Source of the DNA: Octopus vulgaris
Taxonomy: Eukaryota
Length of the DNA stretch: 64,000 nt
Assembly (NCBI GenBank): GCA_951406725.2
Contig: OX597838.1
Span: forward strand, 34,410,001 to 34,474,000
Direction: 5' to 3'
Positions 1-12,089 of this stretch are shown here, one piece after another. The translations under genes and the position numbers were made by a program. The number at the start of each line of letters is the position of its first letter. Position 1 is the stretch's first letter. The notes beneath the pieces are model-generated. The model was not told the DNA's origin and ran no database searches. It saw nothing but the letters and a program-made list of their open reading frames with translations.

Positions 1-25
1 GGCCTCCCCTTTGAGAAACACTGAT

Positions 26-239
26 TTAACCCTTTTGATACCAACCCAGCTCTGTAGTACAAATATCTTGTTTTCATAAGTTTTGAATTAAAATCTTCCA
101 CCAAACCTTAGTCACAATTTATGTTCCTAACACTAGATGAATGATAACTAAGCTATTTTACTAAATTCTTTGTTATATTTAAAATTAATTGAAAGAAACA
201 CAGAGCATTTCAAAATAAATACGGTAATGAAAGGGTTAA
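26..239. mobile_element. TTAA-flanked MITE, family A (piggyBac-like, non-autonomous)
   Basis: TTAA-CCCTTTTGATACC ... GGTAATGAAAGGG-TTAA inverted ends with TTAA target sites. Other copies at ~9362-9589, ~11877-12350, ~18320-18773 and ~28870-29003. Confidence 0.8.
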
Positions 240-469
240 CCTAAATTTGAGACACCAGCAAAAGAAGAAATAAAGATAGACTTTTTTTACTATTCCAAAG
301 AAAAACGATTTTATTCACACAAATATGCAACCGAAGAGTTTAAAGTACCAGTAATGGATAAGGCTGTTGACTGGGAGAACACAAACATGGTTTAAACAGT
401 AAGCTTGGCAGGAAAGAAATGTGCCTTTAAGCAGTACATAAACAACAAAAAATGGAAGGTGCAGTTATG

Positions 470-678
470 TACAGGTTGACGGAAGAAAAGCAGGACAAAA
501 ACGGCTTTATCGATCGCATTCTCACCTGAAATCGATTTTTAAAATTTTTTAAAGACTTATATATGCCCTGATACCGTTGGTATCTACATATCAAATTTGA
601 GCGCAATCGGATGGAGGATACTCGAGATCGTAGAAGACACACATACAGACAGACAGAATGGATTTTATATAATAGATA
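470..678 (-). mobile_element. Non-autonomous Helitron-like 5' fragment
   Basis: Minus strand begins TCTATTATATAAAATCC followed by a CTGT microsatellite, the same 5' layout as the Helitrons at 3515-3960 and 16020-16329. Confidence 0.45.
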
Positions 679-691
679 TATAGTTACAGGC

Positions 692-1102
692 GTTAGTTAG
701 TTAGTTAATTTGGCTCAAAAGCAAATAGCAAGGCCATGTAGGGGGACATGGAGTTAAGTACAGGGTGGTGTTCGTGTAAAGAGTTCAGGCCACTTGAGGT
801 CAAGGAGGCTTTGAACAAAGCGGTCGTCGGCATCTTCACCATCTCGTCTGGCAGCTTGTTCCACGGATCCGCAACCCGGACAGAGAAAGCTCCTCTCCTT
901 TCGATTGAGATGAAATCGTCGCAGGTAGAGCTTTTCGGAATGACCCCGCAGCCGACGCTCTGGAGCAGGAGTGAAGAACAGCTCTTTTGAGAGGTTACAC
1001 TTTCCGCTTATGATGTTGTGGGCGAGAATGAGATCACCACGGTGGCAGCGTTTTTCTAGAGAATAAAGGTCGAGCGTCCTCAGCCTTTCTTCATAGGACA
1101 AA
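692..1102 (-). mobile_element. CR1-clade LINE 3' fragment
   Basis: ORF 754-1101 reads LSYEERLRTLDLYSLEKRCHRGDLI...RLRGHSEKL, a typical CR1 ORF2 C-terminus, and ends in a (TAAC)n tail. Near-identical to the copy at 16890-17392. Confidence 0.85.
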
Positions 1103-1513
1103 TTACAGAAATGACTGTGTGTTCAGAAGTTTGCTTTTCAACCACATGGTTCTGGACTCAGTCCTACTGTGTGGCACCTTGGGTAAGTGTCTTCTACTAT
1201 AGCTTCAGGCTGACCAAAGCCTTGTCAGTGGATCTGGTAGAGGGAAACTGAAAGTAGCCAGTCGTATATGTGTATGTCTTTGTGTCTGTGTTTGTCCTAC
1301 ACCATTACTTGACAACTGGTGTTGGTGTCTCAGGGCTACACTGATACTTTGGCATCACCTCCTTCAAGAGATTTCTTAGTTGATTATATTTATCTCTTCT
1401 ATTTACGGAACAACTGAATTCACCTTTGCATAAAGCGACATAACACAGTAAGGAAGTTGGTTCAATGATGTGATGATGATACATGTGATGAACCAGATAT
1501 ATACGATGAGCTG

Positions 1514-1796
1514 TGTATATATATATATATGAATAAATAAATGGGGTTTAACGCAGGTGTAAATCAAATATTTTTACTTTCGACACATGTTTCGAAAATT
1601 CCACTGATACTATTCAAAAGAATAAATGGTATAAACAATGCAATTTTCTCTTCAGGAAAGTGAAAAAAACACGAAGTTTCTACCTTTATAAACAAGGAGT
1701 TACAACCTCTTTACTTGTGAGATTTTTGCTACCCTGGTAACTATTTATTTATTTTTTCTGTGTTAATTGTTAACAAGGTAAAAATACACTCATCTA
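1514..1796 (-). mobile_element. Short hammerhead-bearing insertion (Penelope-like or retrozyme-like)
   Basis: Flanked by a 16-bp direct repeat, TATATA(C/T)GATGAGCTG, at 1498-1513 and 1797-1812, inside an older SINE remnant. Contains the hammerhead listed next. Confidence 0.6.
1576..1661 (-). ncRNA. Type I hammerhead ribozyme with intact core
   Basis: Minus strand reads ACUUUC-CUGAAGA-GAAAAUU...AAUUUUC-GAAA-C-AUGU-GUC^GAAAGU. Stem I is 6 perfect bp, stem II is closed by G10.1-C11.1 and extended, stem III is minimal with a palindromic ACAUGU, and the cleavage triplet is GUC. Confidence 0.8.
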
Positions 1797-2319
1797 TATA
1801 TATGATGAGCTGCTGTTTACCAAAATTCACAATGCATTTGTTTCTAGTTAACCTGAGATTCAGACAGAAGACACTTGCTTAAGATGTGAAGTGTAACCAA
1901 ACTTGGAAATATGTGGTGAGGGAATTGTACTTTTTAACCACACAGCCCATGCCTGTATAATAATTACAACTAATTAATTAATATAAGAGTGATGTATGTA
2001 CATGAATAATGTGTTCAAAGAAGTGAGAAGAAAGAGAAACAGGGAATGTAGATGGAGAGAGAGAGAGAGAAGGGGGGGGAGAAAGAGTAAGAATGGAGAT
2101 TCAATATATGACCAACAGATGAGAAAATGCTATTTCATTTGCCAATTAGAGAAAATGTCATGTTGACATATTAGTTAATCTTTAGCATGCTTAGGCACAT
2201 TGTATCACATTGAAAGGGAGAAAACTCACGTGGCGACATGCTGCACCTACAGCATGCTAAAGGTTAACTCATTATTATCATTTCATCGTCTACATTTCCA
2301 TGCTATCATAGGTCAGATG

Positions 2320-2701
2320 CAGAGTTGGACTTAATGTATGGGCCAATACAAGCCATTGCTCAGGAGCCCCTTTAAATCAAAGGTTGGAGTTTAAATTCTT
2401 TTTAAATATTTATAGCAAAGAAACAAATAATTCGTAATTCTTTTTTACTTGTTTAAATGTTTTTTCATTCAATACAGTTTTATTAAATTCATTAAACACT
2501 CTTTTGATTTATTAGGTCATCTTAGAGCTAAAAACCCCATTAAATTTAACTGAGTCCCCCTGAATCCACCAAGGCCATTTTAAGTTTTTGGGGCCACTTC
2601 AAACTGTTTGGGATCCCCAGATGAAATGAAGCACTCTTTATTATCTTATGTTTTGAATTAGCAATATCGTAGAGGTCCCACTAGACCTACATCCAGCCCT
2701 G
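2320..2701. mobile_element. Degenerate hAT-like MITE
   Basis: Imperfect inverted ends CAGAGTTGGACTTAA ... CTACATCCAGCCCTG with internal GGGGCCCC-like motifs. Confidence 0.4.
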
Positions 2702-2989
2702 GTCAGATTAGAGTACACTGAAGTAGAATTTTCTATAGCTGGATGCTCTTCCAGTCACCAACCACCCCTTATTTTCAATCAGGGTAATAATCTACCTAAC
2801 AGCTTGGACATGGTTTATGCAGAGAATGCAAACAGATAACTGTATTAATGAGACCTTTATTTACTAAGGTCACACAACATGTCCAGATATGTCGTGACAT
2901 ATGGACATGCTTTTGTAGTTGAGGCCATTGATATGAAATGTATTTAAGATATACATTGGGAAATGTTCATGAATGTTAGCTAATGTTAA

Positions 2990-3400
2990 AAAGAAAAAGA
3001 TCATGATTACAAGCAGCTGAAATAGGGTTTCTCCAAAGGACTTTTGGAGTAATGCTACTTCAGAAGGTGCATAACTCAGAGAGAAGGGAGTCTCACCAGA
3101 TTGAGCTGCTATTTCTCTGCACTGAGAGGCCACAGCTCCAGTTTTTTTACAGACACAGGACTAGAGTGTAGTAGGAAAGAATTGTAAGACAGATTCTTCT
3201 CGGTGGATCAAGAAAAAAACTAAGGACAATATCCATAGCCTCAGCTGGTCACATTTGAGAATCAGCAGGAATGTCTAATGACAGTTGCTCCTGATAGGAC
3301 CCCATGGAGGAGAAGCTTGAGAGGGGGGGGTAGACCCCCCCCAATGACCCTCCCAGGAATAGTGGGCTGAAAAAAAGACGGGAAGCAAACTGTGTGATAA
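2990..3400 (+). mobile_element. Highly degraded RTE-like LINE 3' remnant
   Basis: Disrupted similarity to an RTE C-terminus (WSHL...VAPDRTPWRR-like peptide) with many stops. Confidence 0.35.
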
Positions 3401-3514
3401 GCTACACAACTACATCTGTGCCTAAACAGGAAAATGATGCATCAGCCACGATAAATTTTGTTTTAATCAACTTATTGTTAATAAGATTTTCATTGAGATG
3501 CTTGAATATATATA

Positions 3515-3960
3515 CTAGCAGTATAGACCGGCGTTGCTCGGGTTTGTTTTTTAGTTGCACTTAAAACGGCAGACTTTGATGTCACATTAACAAAGTTTTG
3601 ACATAGTTTCAATCTTTTTTGAAAAGTAAAAATTTTGCATTGTACAGCTTGTTATTCTCTTTAAGTGAACATTTTTCTGGTTGAAATACACCGAAAAATG
3701 GCGAGACAGCAGTAAAAAAATCGTAAAAAATAGGGATTTTCATTAAAAAAAAAAAGCACTTTTTTGATGTAAATAATTTTTGGTCTTAACATGGTCCGAT
3801 TTGAAATTTTTCTTCTACGGAATGAAGAGCAAGCCTTCTTCTATCATACTCTCAATATTGGTCAGCTTGCGCCGCAGGGTCTTGGAGGAGATAGTGTTAG
3901 TTGAAGGCTACCAAACCTGCCACACACACACACAGATAACTTCAGCTTTATATGTATAGA
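3515..3960 (-). mobile_element. Non-autonomous Helitron
   Basis: Minus strand starts with TC (3960) and ends with CTAG (3515), has the subterminal hairpin CCCGAGCAACGCCGG, and sits between A and T with no TSD. Confidence 0.8.
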
Positions 3961-4016
3961 TATATATAATAGAGAGTGTGATGGTAAACAGGGAGCCAGA
4001 AGCTATCTGAGAAAGT

Positions 4017-4244
4017 TAATCCTTTTGTGTTCGCATTATTCTACCAAAATTAATCCTTTTTTATCCACATTGCCTTGAACTAATCATGCATTATCTTGTA
4101 GCTATGAGATTCTAATGAGGTAGCTGTTAATTTTTAAAATGATATTGTAGGGTTGGTGTGAGAGACCAGATCTGGCCAGTTTGAACATAAAACAGGCAGA
4201 ATACTTTTGGCTGGATATGGCCGGTTTAAATGCTAAAGGGTTAA
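4017..4244. mobile_element. TTAA-flanked MITE, family B
   Basis: Ends in ...TTTAAATGCTAAAGGG-TTAA. Related copies at ~15220-15425, ~25526-25700, ~30840-31050 and ~31377-31594. Confidence 0.65.
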
Positions 4245-4999
4245 ATAAAAGGTTTTAGCTCTAACTTTCAGTAATTCATGTGCACAAGAAAGACAGGACA
4301 TTGAGACATATATAGGTGCAGGTGTGGTTGGGTGATAAGAGGCTTGCTTCCCAACCACATGGTTCTGGGTTCAATCCCACTGTGGACCTTGGGCAAGTGA
4401 CTTCTACTATAGCCTTGTGAGCAGATTTAATAGATGGAAATCGAAAGAAACCAGTTGTATATATGTGTGTAAATATATATATACACATATATACACACAC
4501 ACATAATATGTATGTATATGTGTCTGTTTGTCCCCCACCATCACTTGACAATTGATGTTGGTGTCTTTATGTCACTGTAACTTAGCGGTTTGGCAAAAGA
4601 GACCGATAGAATAAGTATCAGTCTTTAACAAAAAAAAAAGTACAGAGGTCGATTGGTGTGACTAAAATTCTTCCAGATGGTGCCCCAGCATGGCCACAGT
4701 CTAATGACTGAAACAAGTAAAAGACTAGAATGTCTCTGATCATAGTTACGTTGGATCAGGGTTCACTCAGACCTAAACAACAAGAAGATGTGGTTGAAGT
4801 AAGAATACAAATAAACATCACTGGTCATCATAAACCGACTTTACAAGAAGCGGGACCATGATTTTAGGTCCACTGTAGTGGTGCCTTGTTGCATTTCTGG
4901 ACATAGTTTGCCCAGCTATTAGGAAAATGTACCTTATTATATGTGATGTACTACCAACAGAGTTGTCACATTGTTAGATAGCATAAAAAAATTAAAAAA

Positions 5000-5247
5000 T
5001 GAGCCCTTTTCAAGCCTAGCCAGGCTCATGGGCCCGGTTTCCCGGATTCTATGGCGTATGTGTTACCCAGGTGGACAGGATGCCAGTCCATGGCAGCGTT
5101 ACTCATTTTTGTCAGCTGAGTGGACTGGAGCAACGTGAAACGAAGTGTTTTGCTCAAGAACACAACGTGTCGCCCAGTCCAGGAATCGAAACCACAATCT
5201 TACGATCATGATGCTGACAACCTAAACACTAAGCCACGCGCCTCCAC
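5000..5247 (-). mobile_element. tRNA-derived SINE family C (CORE-like plus V-domain-like)
   Basis: tRNA head GGCTTAGTG...GGTTTCGATTCCTGG, a CORE-like TGTGTTCTTGAGCAAAACAC block and a V-SINE-like GCCATGGACTGGCATCCTGTCCA block. Tandem copies at 61148-61640. Confidence 0.7.
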
Positions 5248-6972
5248 TGTTAGATAGCATGCTTTGCGATATTTCTTTAGACTCTTAGAGCTTTGAGTTC
5301 AAGCCCCACTAAGGTCGACTATCTTTCATCCTTTCAGTGATGGATTAGCAGAATTGTCAGAGCATGATAGAGGATGCTTCATGGTATTTTCCCCGAGTTC
5401 AAATCCCACCCCCCTGTCATGAGGGGTGGGATGGGGAGAGGAAAGAACCCCAGCAATATTTTTGTTAGGAGTTGCGATCAACAGGTAACATGAGAACTGG
5501 AGAAACGAACAGAAGCATAGTATCCTTGGTTTGATCAGAATACCAGCTGTGACCACCCCCAACAAATCATCAAACTCTTAGTAATGACAGACTTCATCAT
5601 CATCATCATCGTTTAGCGTCCGCTTTCCATGCTGGCATGGGTTGGACGGTGCAACTGGGGTCTGGGAAGCAAGAAGGCTGCACCAGGCCCAGTCTGATCT
5701 GGCAATGATTCTACGGCTGGATGCCCTTCCAAACGCCAACCACTCCATGAGTGTAGAGGGTGCTTTTTACGTGCCACCGGCATGAGTGGATAGCAGAGCT
5801 GGTAGAATACCATGCAAAATGCCTTGAGATTTTTATGGGCTGCCCAGGTTTCATAAATAGCCACTGTCAGAAAAAAATACTGCAGTCAATGCTACTGACC
5901 ATATTCTTGTCATAGAATCTACGTAAGAAATACTGTTTTACGATTTGGGGTGCTGCTGCTACAAAGCACACAAGCATCAAAATGAAAGCCATCAGACTGA
6001 ACAGCAAAGATTCCCACAGCAGCACATTGTAGTATCTGGCCCAAAGATGCAACGTCTCCCTTCTCTGCCCTATTTTGTAGTTATTACTACTATGCTTCTG
6101 CTCCTCTGAAGTAGCTCATTGCATATCACCTTCATCAGTTTTCTCCTCTTTATGATACCTCTACTATATCTCATGTGGAGACACATGGCCTAGTGGTTAG
6201 AGCAGCAGACTCGCGGTCAAGGGATCGCAGGTTTGAATCTCAGACCAGGCGATGTGTGTGTTTATGAGTGAAACACCTCCTAAGCTCCACGCGGCTCCGG
6301 CTGAAGGTAATGGCGAACTTCTGCTGACTCTTTCGCCACAACTTTCTCCCACTCTTTCCTCCTGCATCTTGCAGCCCACCTGCGACGGACCAGGAAACTG
6401 GCCCTTATGAGCCAGGCATGGCTTGAGAAGGAACAAAAAAAAAAAAAAAAAAAAACTATATCTCACACTTCATGGCATGCTACTTATCTCACCCCACCCA
6501 TCCTTCAACACCACCAGAGCTTTAACTCTCAGAAATTTATACTCCATTCACACTTTCCCAGTAGACATTCACTTTCAAATGTTCAATTCAACATAAACCG
6601 GATTGATTGTTCTCTCTCGTCTCTCAGAAAGCCTACAAAGACTAGAAGAGGGAACAACCCTTTTGTAGGAAGTAAACATTAAAAGAATAATAACCCCTGT
6701 TCCCTCTTACTTGCTTCATGCAATGAAACTGTAGCAAGCTGTCAGCCTTCAAGAAGTTCTTGTGAAGCAGGATGCAATTCCTATTTCATAATATGCATAA
6801 GATGACATAGATATTTCATGTTATAAATTATTAGGGTAGCTGAATTAATAGGTTAATTTATTTATAATTATATTGCTGATTATAATTTTTTAACAGGCCT
6901 TGTCACCGGTTCAGTTCATTTCCCATGTCAAAAGTGTTTGTGCAAATCAGGCAGATTAAATACAACAAAGTA

Positions 6973-8224
6973 TTGGGTCATCCCATTAATAATGCAGTTT
7001 TTTTCAATTGCATGAACCAAAAAGTCAGTGGGGAACAGGATAGACTACTTGTAGTAATTTTATCTTGTCCTTATTCTTAGTGTATGTTTTGAAGAGTGCA
7101 GTTCAATTTTAACAGTTATTTTTTCAAAGCTATAGTGGAAGTGACAAAGGAGCATACTCAGCATATTTTGATTTGTGAGTTCAATAAAGGCAACAATGCA
7201 ATGGAAAGTGCAAGGAATATCAATTATGGAGTTCAGACAATAAGTGTAAGCAAGTGACAATGGTGGTTTCAGAAATTCTGAGCAAGAAACTACAGCCTAG
7301 AAGACGAGCCTCATCCTGGAAGATCTGTAGAGCTTTATGAGGACATCCTGTAAACCCTGGTGGAATAAAAAAACACCATGGTAACCGTTGAGGAGCTAAC
7401 AGAGAAGCTTGAATTCGGTCATTCAACCATTCAGCAACATCTGCGTGCCATTGGAAAAGTCAGCAAATTGGGTCAATGGGTTCCTCACAAACTTTCCAAG
7501 TCTAATCGTGTGCAGAGAGTGAATGTGTGCTCTTCTTTGTGCCACATCTCATGAATGAACCTCTTTTGGACTGAATGGTGACTGGTGACGAGAAATGGGT
7601 TCTGTATAAAAATGTCAAGTGCCAAAGACTGTGGGTAGGGAAAAGGAGAAACATTAGCACTCCAGGCTAAAGAAGATCTTCATCCATGTAAGGTGTTGTT
7701 ATCTGTTTGGTGGGATATGAAAGGTTTAGTTCACTTTGAACTTTTAAATCCAAACCAAACGATAACAAATGAGATCTACTGCGAGCAGCTTGAGTGGTTT
7801 CATCAGCGCTAGAAGACAAACAACCATCTTTGGTTTCAAATGAAAGGTTTTCTTCCATCAGGATAATGCTCGGCCACATACAGTGAGGATGACATTCCAA
7901 AGGCTGGGGAAGTTTGAATGGGAAATGATGCCCCACCCACGATATTCACTGGACACTGACCCATCTGATTATCATTTATTCTGCAAAATCATTTGGACTG
8001 AAAAATATGAACTCTGTAGATGAGGTCAGAACAGTACTGGAAGAGTATTTTTTGTTATGGACACGTGAATTTTGGAAGAGGGGCCTTGCAAGTTTACCAG
8101 ATACAGGGAAGAGCATTGTAGAAAATGAGATAGAGTATATTCTAGATTAAAAAAGAACTTTATCTTAATTTTGAAAAATAAAAAATGTATTAAAAAAAAC
8201 TGCATTATTTACAGGACAACCCAA
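6973..8224 (+). mobile_element. Full-length, inactivated mariner DNA transposon
   Basis: TA-flanked TIRs TTGGGTCATCCCATTAATAATGCAG / CTGCATTATTTACAGGACAACCCAA. The disrupted transposase keeps KLGQWVPHKL, VTGDEKW, FHQDNARPH and YSLDTDPSDYHLF motifs. Confidence 0.9.
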
Positions 8225-8870
8225 TATTTTGTGCAATGCATCAATGTACCTATACACACAAGCCAGCCATCTCTGCTTACTATTCCTGTGAGGACTGTGG
8301 GGGGCAGAGTCCTCAGGTACCTTCCTCAACAGAAGTAAATGTCAGCCTTTCCAACTAGATTCCCAAGTGTCACCAACTGAGACTATGGATATTATTCAAC
8401 CATCTTCTTCTTGGTCTGCCCCATCTTCAAGAATCCATCTTGGGATTGTTTTTTGTGACATTCTAATCACACACACACACAATGGCATCCTGCGTGGTTC
8501 CCCACTATCAAATTTCACAAAGTATTGGTTATCCCGGGGTGATAGTGGAAGACACTGTACTTACTACTGTGCAGTGAGATCAAATCAGGAAGCACATAAT
8601 TGCAAAACAGACATTTATGCACACAGCCATGGCTGTCCCTGACATGAAAGTACGAGTCTACCAAGATGTAGCAGAATGGTGATACTAACAGAAACACAAA
8701 TCAATATATAGATTAACAATAGAGGCATTATTAATACTGAGAGGTAATATTTATTCCCACCTGAATGTGGACATTAGAAAAACTATGCCGCAGTAGATAT
8801 CATGAGATAAACCCTCACATTAGCTTTTGGTACAAAATGCTCGGTCATTAATATTTTTTAACAAGCTCAC

Positions 8871-9011
8871 CCGGTTAATTGTAACACCAGTGCTTGTTCT
8901 GGCACTGTTTTGTTTTATATTATCACTAACAGAGACAGGCTGCTATTTCTAGCGGCTGAGCATTCATCAATGGACAAGAAAGGTTGAAATTGTGATCTGG
9001 TGGTCTTGGTA
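8871..9011 (-). other. Candidate non-coding exon of the - strand transcript
   Basis: Acceptor ttttattgatttatctccAG and donor CGG|GTGAGC in non-repetitive sequence; stops in all three frames. Confidence 0.3.
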
Positions 9012-9108
9012 CTGGAGATAAATCAATAAAATTAAACAATCTATTTTATACTCAAATATAATTTAAATATATATACTATTAAGTACCTATTATTTCTCTG
9101 ATATTTAA

Positions 9109-9340
9109 ATCATCATCATCATCATCATTTAGCGTCTGCTTTCCATGCTGGCATGGGTTGGACGGTGCGACTGGGGTCTGGGAAGCCAGAAGGCTGCACC
9201 AGGCCCAGTCTGATCTGGCAATGTTTCTACGGCTGGATGCCCTTCCTAATGCCAACCACTCCATGAGTGTAGTGGTTGCTTTTTACGTGCCAGAGGAGGC
9301 TGGCAAACGGCCATGGTTGGATGGTGCTTTTTACGTGCCT
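9109..9340 (-). mobile_element. RTE LINE 3' tail element with (GAT)n end (representative copy)
   Basis: GGTTGGCRTTAGGAAGGGCATCCAGC...CCAACCCATGCCAGCATGGAAAGCRGACG-(GAT)n matches the 3' UTR of the RTE LINE at 19710-22110. Many copies, e.g. near 5595, 14535, 22455, 23500, 25760, 36000, 44220, 47637, 48343, 59780 and 62195. Confidence 0.8.
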
Positions 9341-9599
9341 ACACAAATACACAAAAAGAAATTAACCCTTTCATTACCAACCTGGCTGAAACCGACTCTG
9401 GCTGTGAGTACAAATGTTTTGTTTACATAAGTTTTGAATTAAAATATTCCACCAAACCTTAGTCACAATTTATGTTCCTAACACTAGCTGAATGATAACT
9501 AAGCTATTTTACTAAATTCTTTGTTATAGTTAAAGTAACTGAAAGAAACACAGAGCATCTCAAAATAAATACGGTAACGAAAGGGTTAATATATATATT

Positions 9600-9980
9600 A
9601 GGAGTGGCTGTATGGTAAGTAGCTTGTTTATGAACCACAAGGTTCCGGGTTCAGTCCCACTGCGTGGCACCTTGGGCAAGTGCCTTCTACTATAGCCTCG
9701 GGCCGACCAAAGCCTTGTGAGTGGATTTGATAGACGGAAACTGAAAGAAGCCCATCGCATATATGTATATATATATATGCGTGTGTGTGTTTGTCCCTCT
9801 AGCATTGCTTGACAACCGATGCTGGTGTGTCTATGTCCCCGTTACTTAGCAGTTCGGCAAAATAGACCGATAGAATAAGTACTGGGCTTACAAAAGAATA
9901 AGTCCTGGGGTCGAGTTGCTCGACTAAAGGCGGTGCTCCAGCATGGCCGCAGTCAAATGACTGAAACAAGTAAAAGAGTA
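9600..9980 (+). mobile_element. tRNA-derived CORE-type SINE family A (dominant repeat, representative copy)
   Basis: Head GGAGTGGCTGTGTGGTAAG...GGTTCAGTCCC (A/B boxes), CORE-like GGCACCTTGGGCAAGTG, an internal (TA)/(TG) tract and a GACTGAAACAAGTAAAAGAG tail. Further copies at ~4312(+), 12495(-), 13150(-), 24992(+), 32460(+), 34620(+), 35394(+), 41232(-), 41969(+), 44950(-), 45503(-), 51518(-), 52235(+), 54737(+), 55803(+), 56541(+), 59113(+) and 62437(+). Confidence 0.9.
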
Positions 9981-10765
9981 TATTTCCCTGCTTGTGATAT
10001 AAAACAAAAGTGCAATTTGAACCGAAAACCAGCAAGAGAGTTTCTCTCGTGATATCTACTGCAGTATAGTTTGTTCTAACAGAGCGTTCATGTTTAAGTG
10101 GGGATAAGTATAACAAATCAATGACACATTCCTCATCCCTAATTCAATCAAAACAAACTATGTAAATCAATACTCCAACACCACTACACACCTTTCCATT
10201 CATACCACTCACTTGACAGCTCTTTGGTCATTCTGTGGGTTTTAAACCCAAACCCAGCCTACAAATCCAAATTAAGGATTTTTGTTTTCCCTGTGGAAGG
10301 ATTTTCAGTAACGATGGTAATCAAAGGTTTTTAAATGAAAGACATTCAATGATTACAATGACAGATTAAATTGATTTAACCCTTTTAATACCAGCCATCT
10401 TATCATCATCATTTTAACATCTGCTCTTCCATGCTTGCATGGATGGAATTTGTTGAGGTGGATTTCTACGGTTGAATGCCCTTCCTGGTGCCAACCTCCA
10501 CTATTTCTAAAATAATATAATATTTACCCATAACCAGGCGTATTTTCACTGAAGATTGGGAATGAAAAACAGTAGTTGTAGGATAGTAACATTTGTTTAT
10601 AACCATCATGCGATATCAAGGCAAGGAGACAGTGACACACACAACAGGTTTTTTTTCAATTTCTGTCTACCAAATTAACTCACAGGGCTTGCCCCATAGC
10701 CACACTTGCACCATTTAAGGTTATTCATTCTTGGGCTCGTGTTACCAGCCTCCCTGAGAGTACCG

Positions 10766-11011
10766 TGAGGGGTGCTGAAAAGTTCCTGGCTTTTAGGATA
10801 TTGTGAAAGGCTTGGTTAGAGGCCCAACCTTCTGAGTTCTTTTACAGGGCTTAGAAAAACTGAAGGAATTTTACAGGGCTTAGAAAAACTTAAGGACTGC
10901 TGCAATAAGTGTGTGAATCTGAGAGGGGAAATATGTTGAATAAAGTCATAATTAACTGATTCTCCTTCATTTTCTTTTACCCAAAGCTAGGAACTTTTCA
11001 GCACACCCTCA
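10766..11011 (+). mobile_element. Mariner-derived MITE (internal deletion derivative)
   Basis: TIRs TGAGGGGTGCTGAAAAGTTCCTGGCTTT / AAAGCTAGGAACTTTTCAGCACACCCTCA. Keeps the transposase C-terminus (GLEKLKDCCNKCVNLRG..YVE*) and has an internal tandem duplication of about 30 bp. Confidence 0.75.
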
Positions 11012-12089
11012 TACTAGGCTAAGATTACAACCCACTTGAAACTACATTTAGTTTGATGTTACTAACACACTGCAGACAACTCCTAATCTCATATTAGCAA
11101 CCTACCCAAGGCTGTCCCTGATGGTATGATACCCAATCTACCAGAGAGAAGCCTTGATCCAGGGTCACCATACCATCTGACACTGTCTTTAGTTCAATAT
11201 TATCAGCCTGGGTCCCATGTCACTGAACCACTAGAGATGTTCATAGTTCCAAGTTACCAATCCACATTGAAATATTCTTATAAAGTCCCACAACTGAAAT
11301 ATTATTATATAAACAAAGATAGGCATAGGCGTGGCTGTGTGGTAAGAAGTTTGCTTCCCAACAACAAGGTTCCAGGTTCAGTCTCACTGCGTGACATCTT
11401 GGACAAGTGTCTTCTACAGATTTGAGCCAACCAAAACCTTGTGAGTAGAGCTAAGGGCTTCATCATCACCTTATAGTTTCCTCAGTGCTTCTAAAGAGAA
11501 ATGCAAGTTTACCTGGGAAAATATTTACGTACATGGAAAAGATCACTGTTCTAAATACAAAAATTAAGTATAGCATTTGAAGGATAAAAGCTGCTGCTAG
11601 GAATACGTAGATTTTGATAATCTTGTGTATATATATATATGTACAAACACAGGTGCATAATGAACACCTATATAAATGAATATTCATACAGATACATAAA
11701 AAATACATAGAACATATATCACTGGAGAACAAGGTTTTGTTGTCTGGTGTTAGCGGCATGTTTCCTAGAAATTTTGGGGTGCTCATTTCAAAAATGAAAT
11801 CCATTTTCTTCTATCACATGAAGATTTTTCACAAACTCAAATGACCATTTTTTACCATATCTAAGGATAGAATTGGTTAAACCTTTCATTACCAACCCAG
11901 CCAAAACCACCTCTGGCTCTGTAGTACAAAGGTCTTGTTTTCTTAAGTTTTGAATTAAAATCTTCCACCAAACCTTAGTCACAATTTATGTTATCAACAC
12001 TAGCTTAATCGTAACTAAGTTACTTTACTAAATTCTTTATTATATTTAAAATAATTGAAGCAAACACAGAGCATCTCAACATAAATATG

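Noticed and set aside
9560-10116. Recurrent short ORFs (FQSFDCGHAGAPP, YQIHSQGFGRPEAIVEDTCPRCHAVGLNPEPCGW)
   Set aside because: They are antisense translations of family A SINEs, not a gene family.
11788-11860. Terminal coding exon YGKKWSFEFVKNLHVIEENGFHF*
   Set aside because: It shows no recognisable homology, and the upstream part of the ORF is MITE sequence.
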